The notes below the pieces were generated by a model that worked only from the letters and a program-made list of their open reading frames with translations, searched no databases and had not been told where the DNA came from. From assembly GCA_036172245.1 (NCBI GenBank), contig JAYWIR010000001.1, positions 3,162,001 to 3,226,000 on the forward strand: a stretch of 64,000 nt of DNA, in the 5' to 3' direction. Positions 63,618 through 64,000 of this stretch are shown here, in pieces (position 1 is the first letter of the stretch; each line of letters begins with the position of its first letter). The position numbers were made by a program, and so were the translations under genes. Source of the stretch: Raillietiella orientalis. Taxonomy: Eukaryota.

Positions 63618-63774
63618 GTGAGGAGTGAGGGGGAGCGATCCCGCCGGTGGTGAGAGGAAGGGAAGGGGGAACAAGGTTTGGGGTCGATGGCTCAAGAAGA
63701 AACAGGCACAGAGCAACCCCCCTTCCCCCCCCCCCCCTAAAAAAAATCTCACGCAACCTTTTTTCCGCTTCCAG

Positions 63775-64000
63775 TGCGAGGAGGAATGCCCCGCGGACTC
63801 CTACCCCCACGACGACCTCCACGAGTGCCTCCAGTGCGCTGAAGAGTGCCGGGGTTGCTGGGGTCCGCGCAGCGACCAGTGCCTGGCCTGCCGCAACTAC
63901 AAGATCTGGACGACCTCCCACGACGGGAATCGGTCGTTCCAGTGCGTGGCTTCCTGCCCGGACGAGTATCCCTACAAGATTTTCCCCACCGACGGCATCG
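63775..64000 (+). CDS. Egfr: Egfr exon 10 (partial, runs off the window): CEEECPADSY...ECLQCAEECRGCWGPRSDQCLACRNYKIW...CVASCPDEYPYKIF
   Basis: Acceptor ttttccgcttccag at 63774. The frame stays open to the window end with furin-like Cys spacing. It is missing from the ORF track, probably because no stop falls inside the window. Confidence 0.93.

Overview
Eukaryotic genomic window with a GC- and CpG-rich composition and many homopolymers, most likely from an arthropod judging by the receptor sequence. It contains the 5' part of one large plus-strand gene, an EGFR/ErbB-family receptor tyrosine kinase (Egfr). I rebuilt ten coding exons by hand from GT-AG boundaries with matching phases, about 779 codons in total. 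They encode the signal peptide, L-domain I, furin-like Cys-rich domain II, L-domain III and an extended Cys-rich IV/V region. The last exon runs off the window, so the transmembrane and kinase domains are not visible. The main finding is two alternative signal-peptide first coding exons, at 18239-18338 and 46509-46596, about 28 kb apart. Both splice in phase 1 onto the same exon 2, giving ...EEK-V-CIGT or ...EKK-I-CIGT, and the proximal one has a tiny uORF just upstream. Other items are a complete TA-flanked pogo/Tigger-type MITE in intron 2, a 54-bp in-frame stop-free intron, and a paired (C)GGCATTGTTG Sox-like motif at three intron-1 sites, two of them tandem repeats. There are also hairpins and microsatellites. 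I see no supportable gene in positions 1-17,000. Nearly all ORFs in the supplied track are GC-rich chance ORFs. I found no evidence of a CRISPR array, rRNA, tRNA or a wholly novel multi-gene system.
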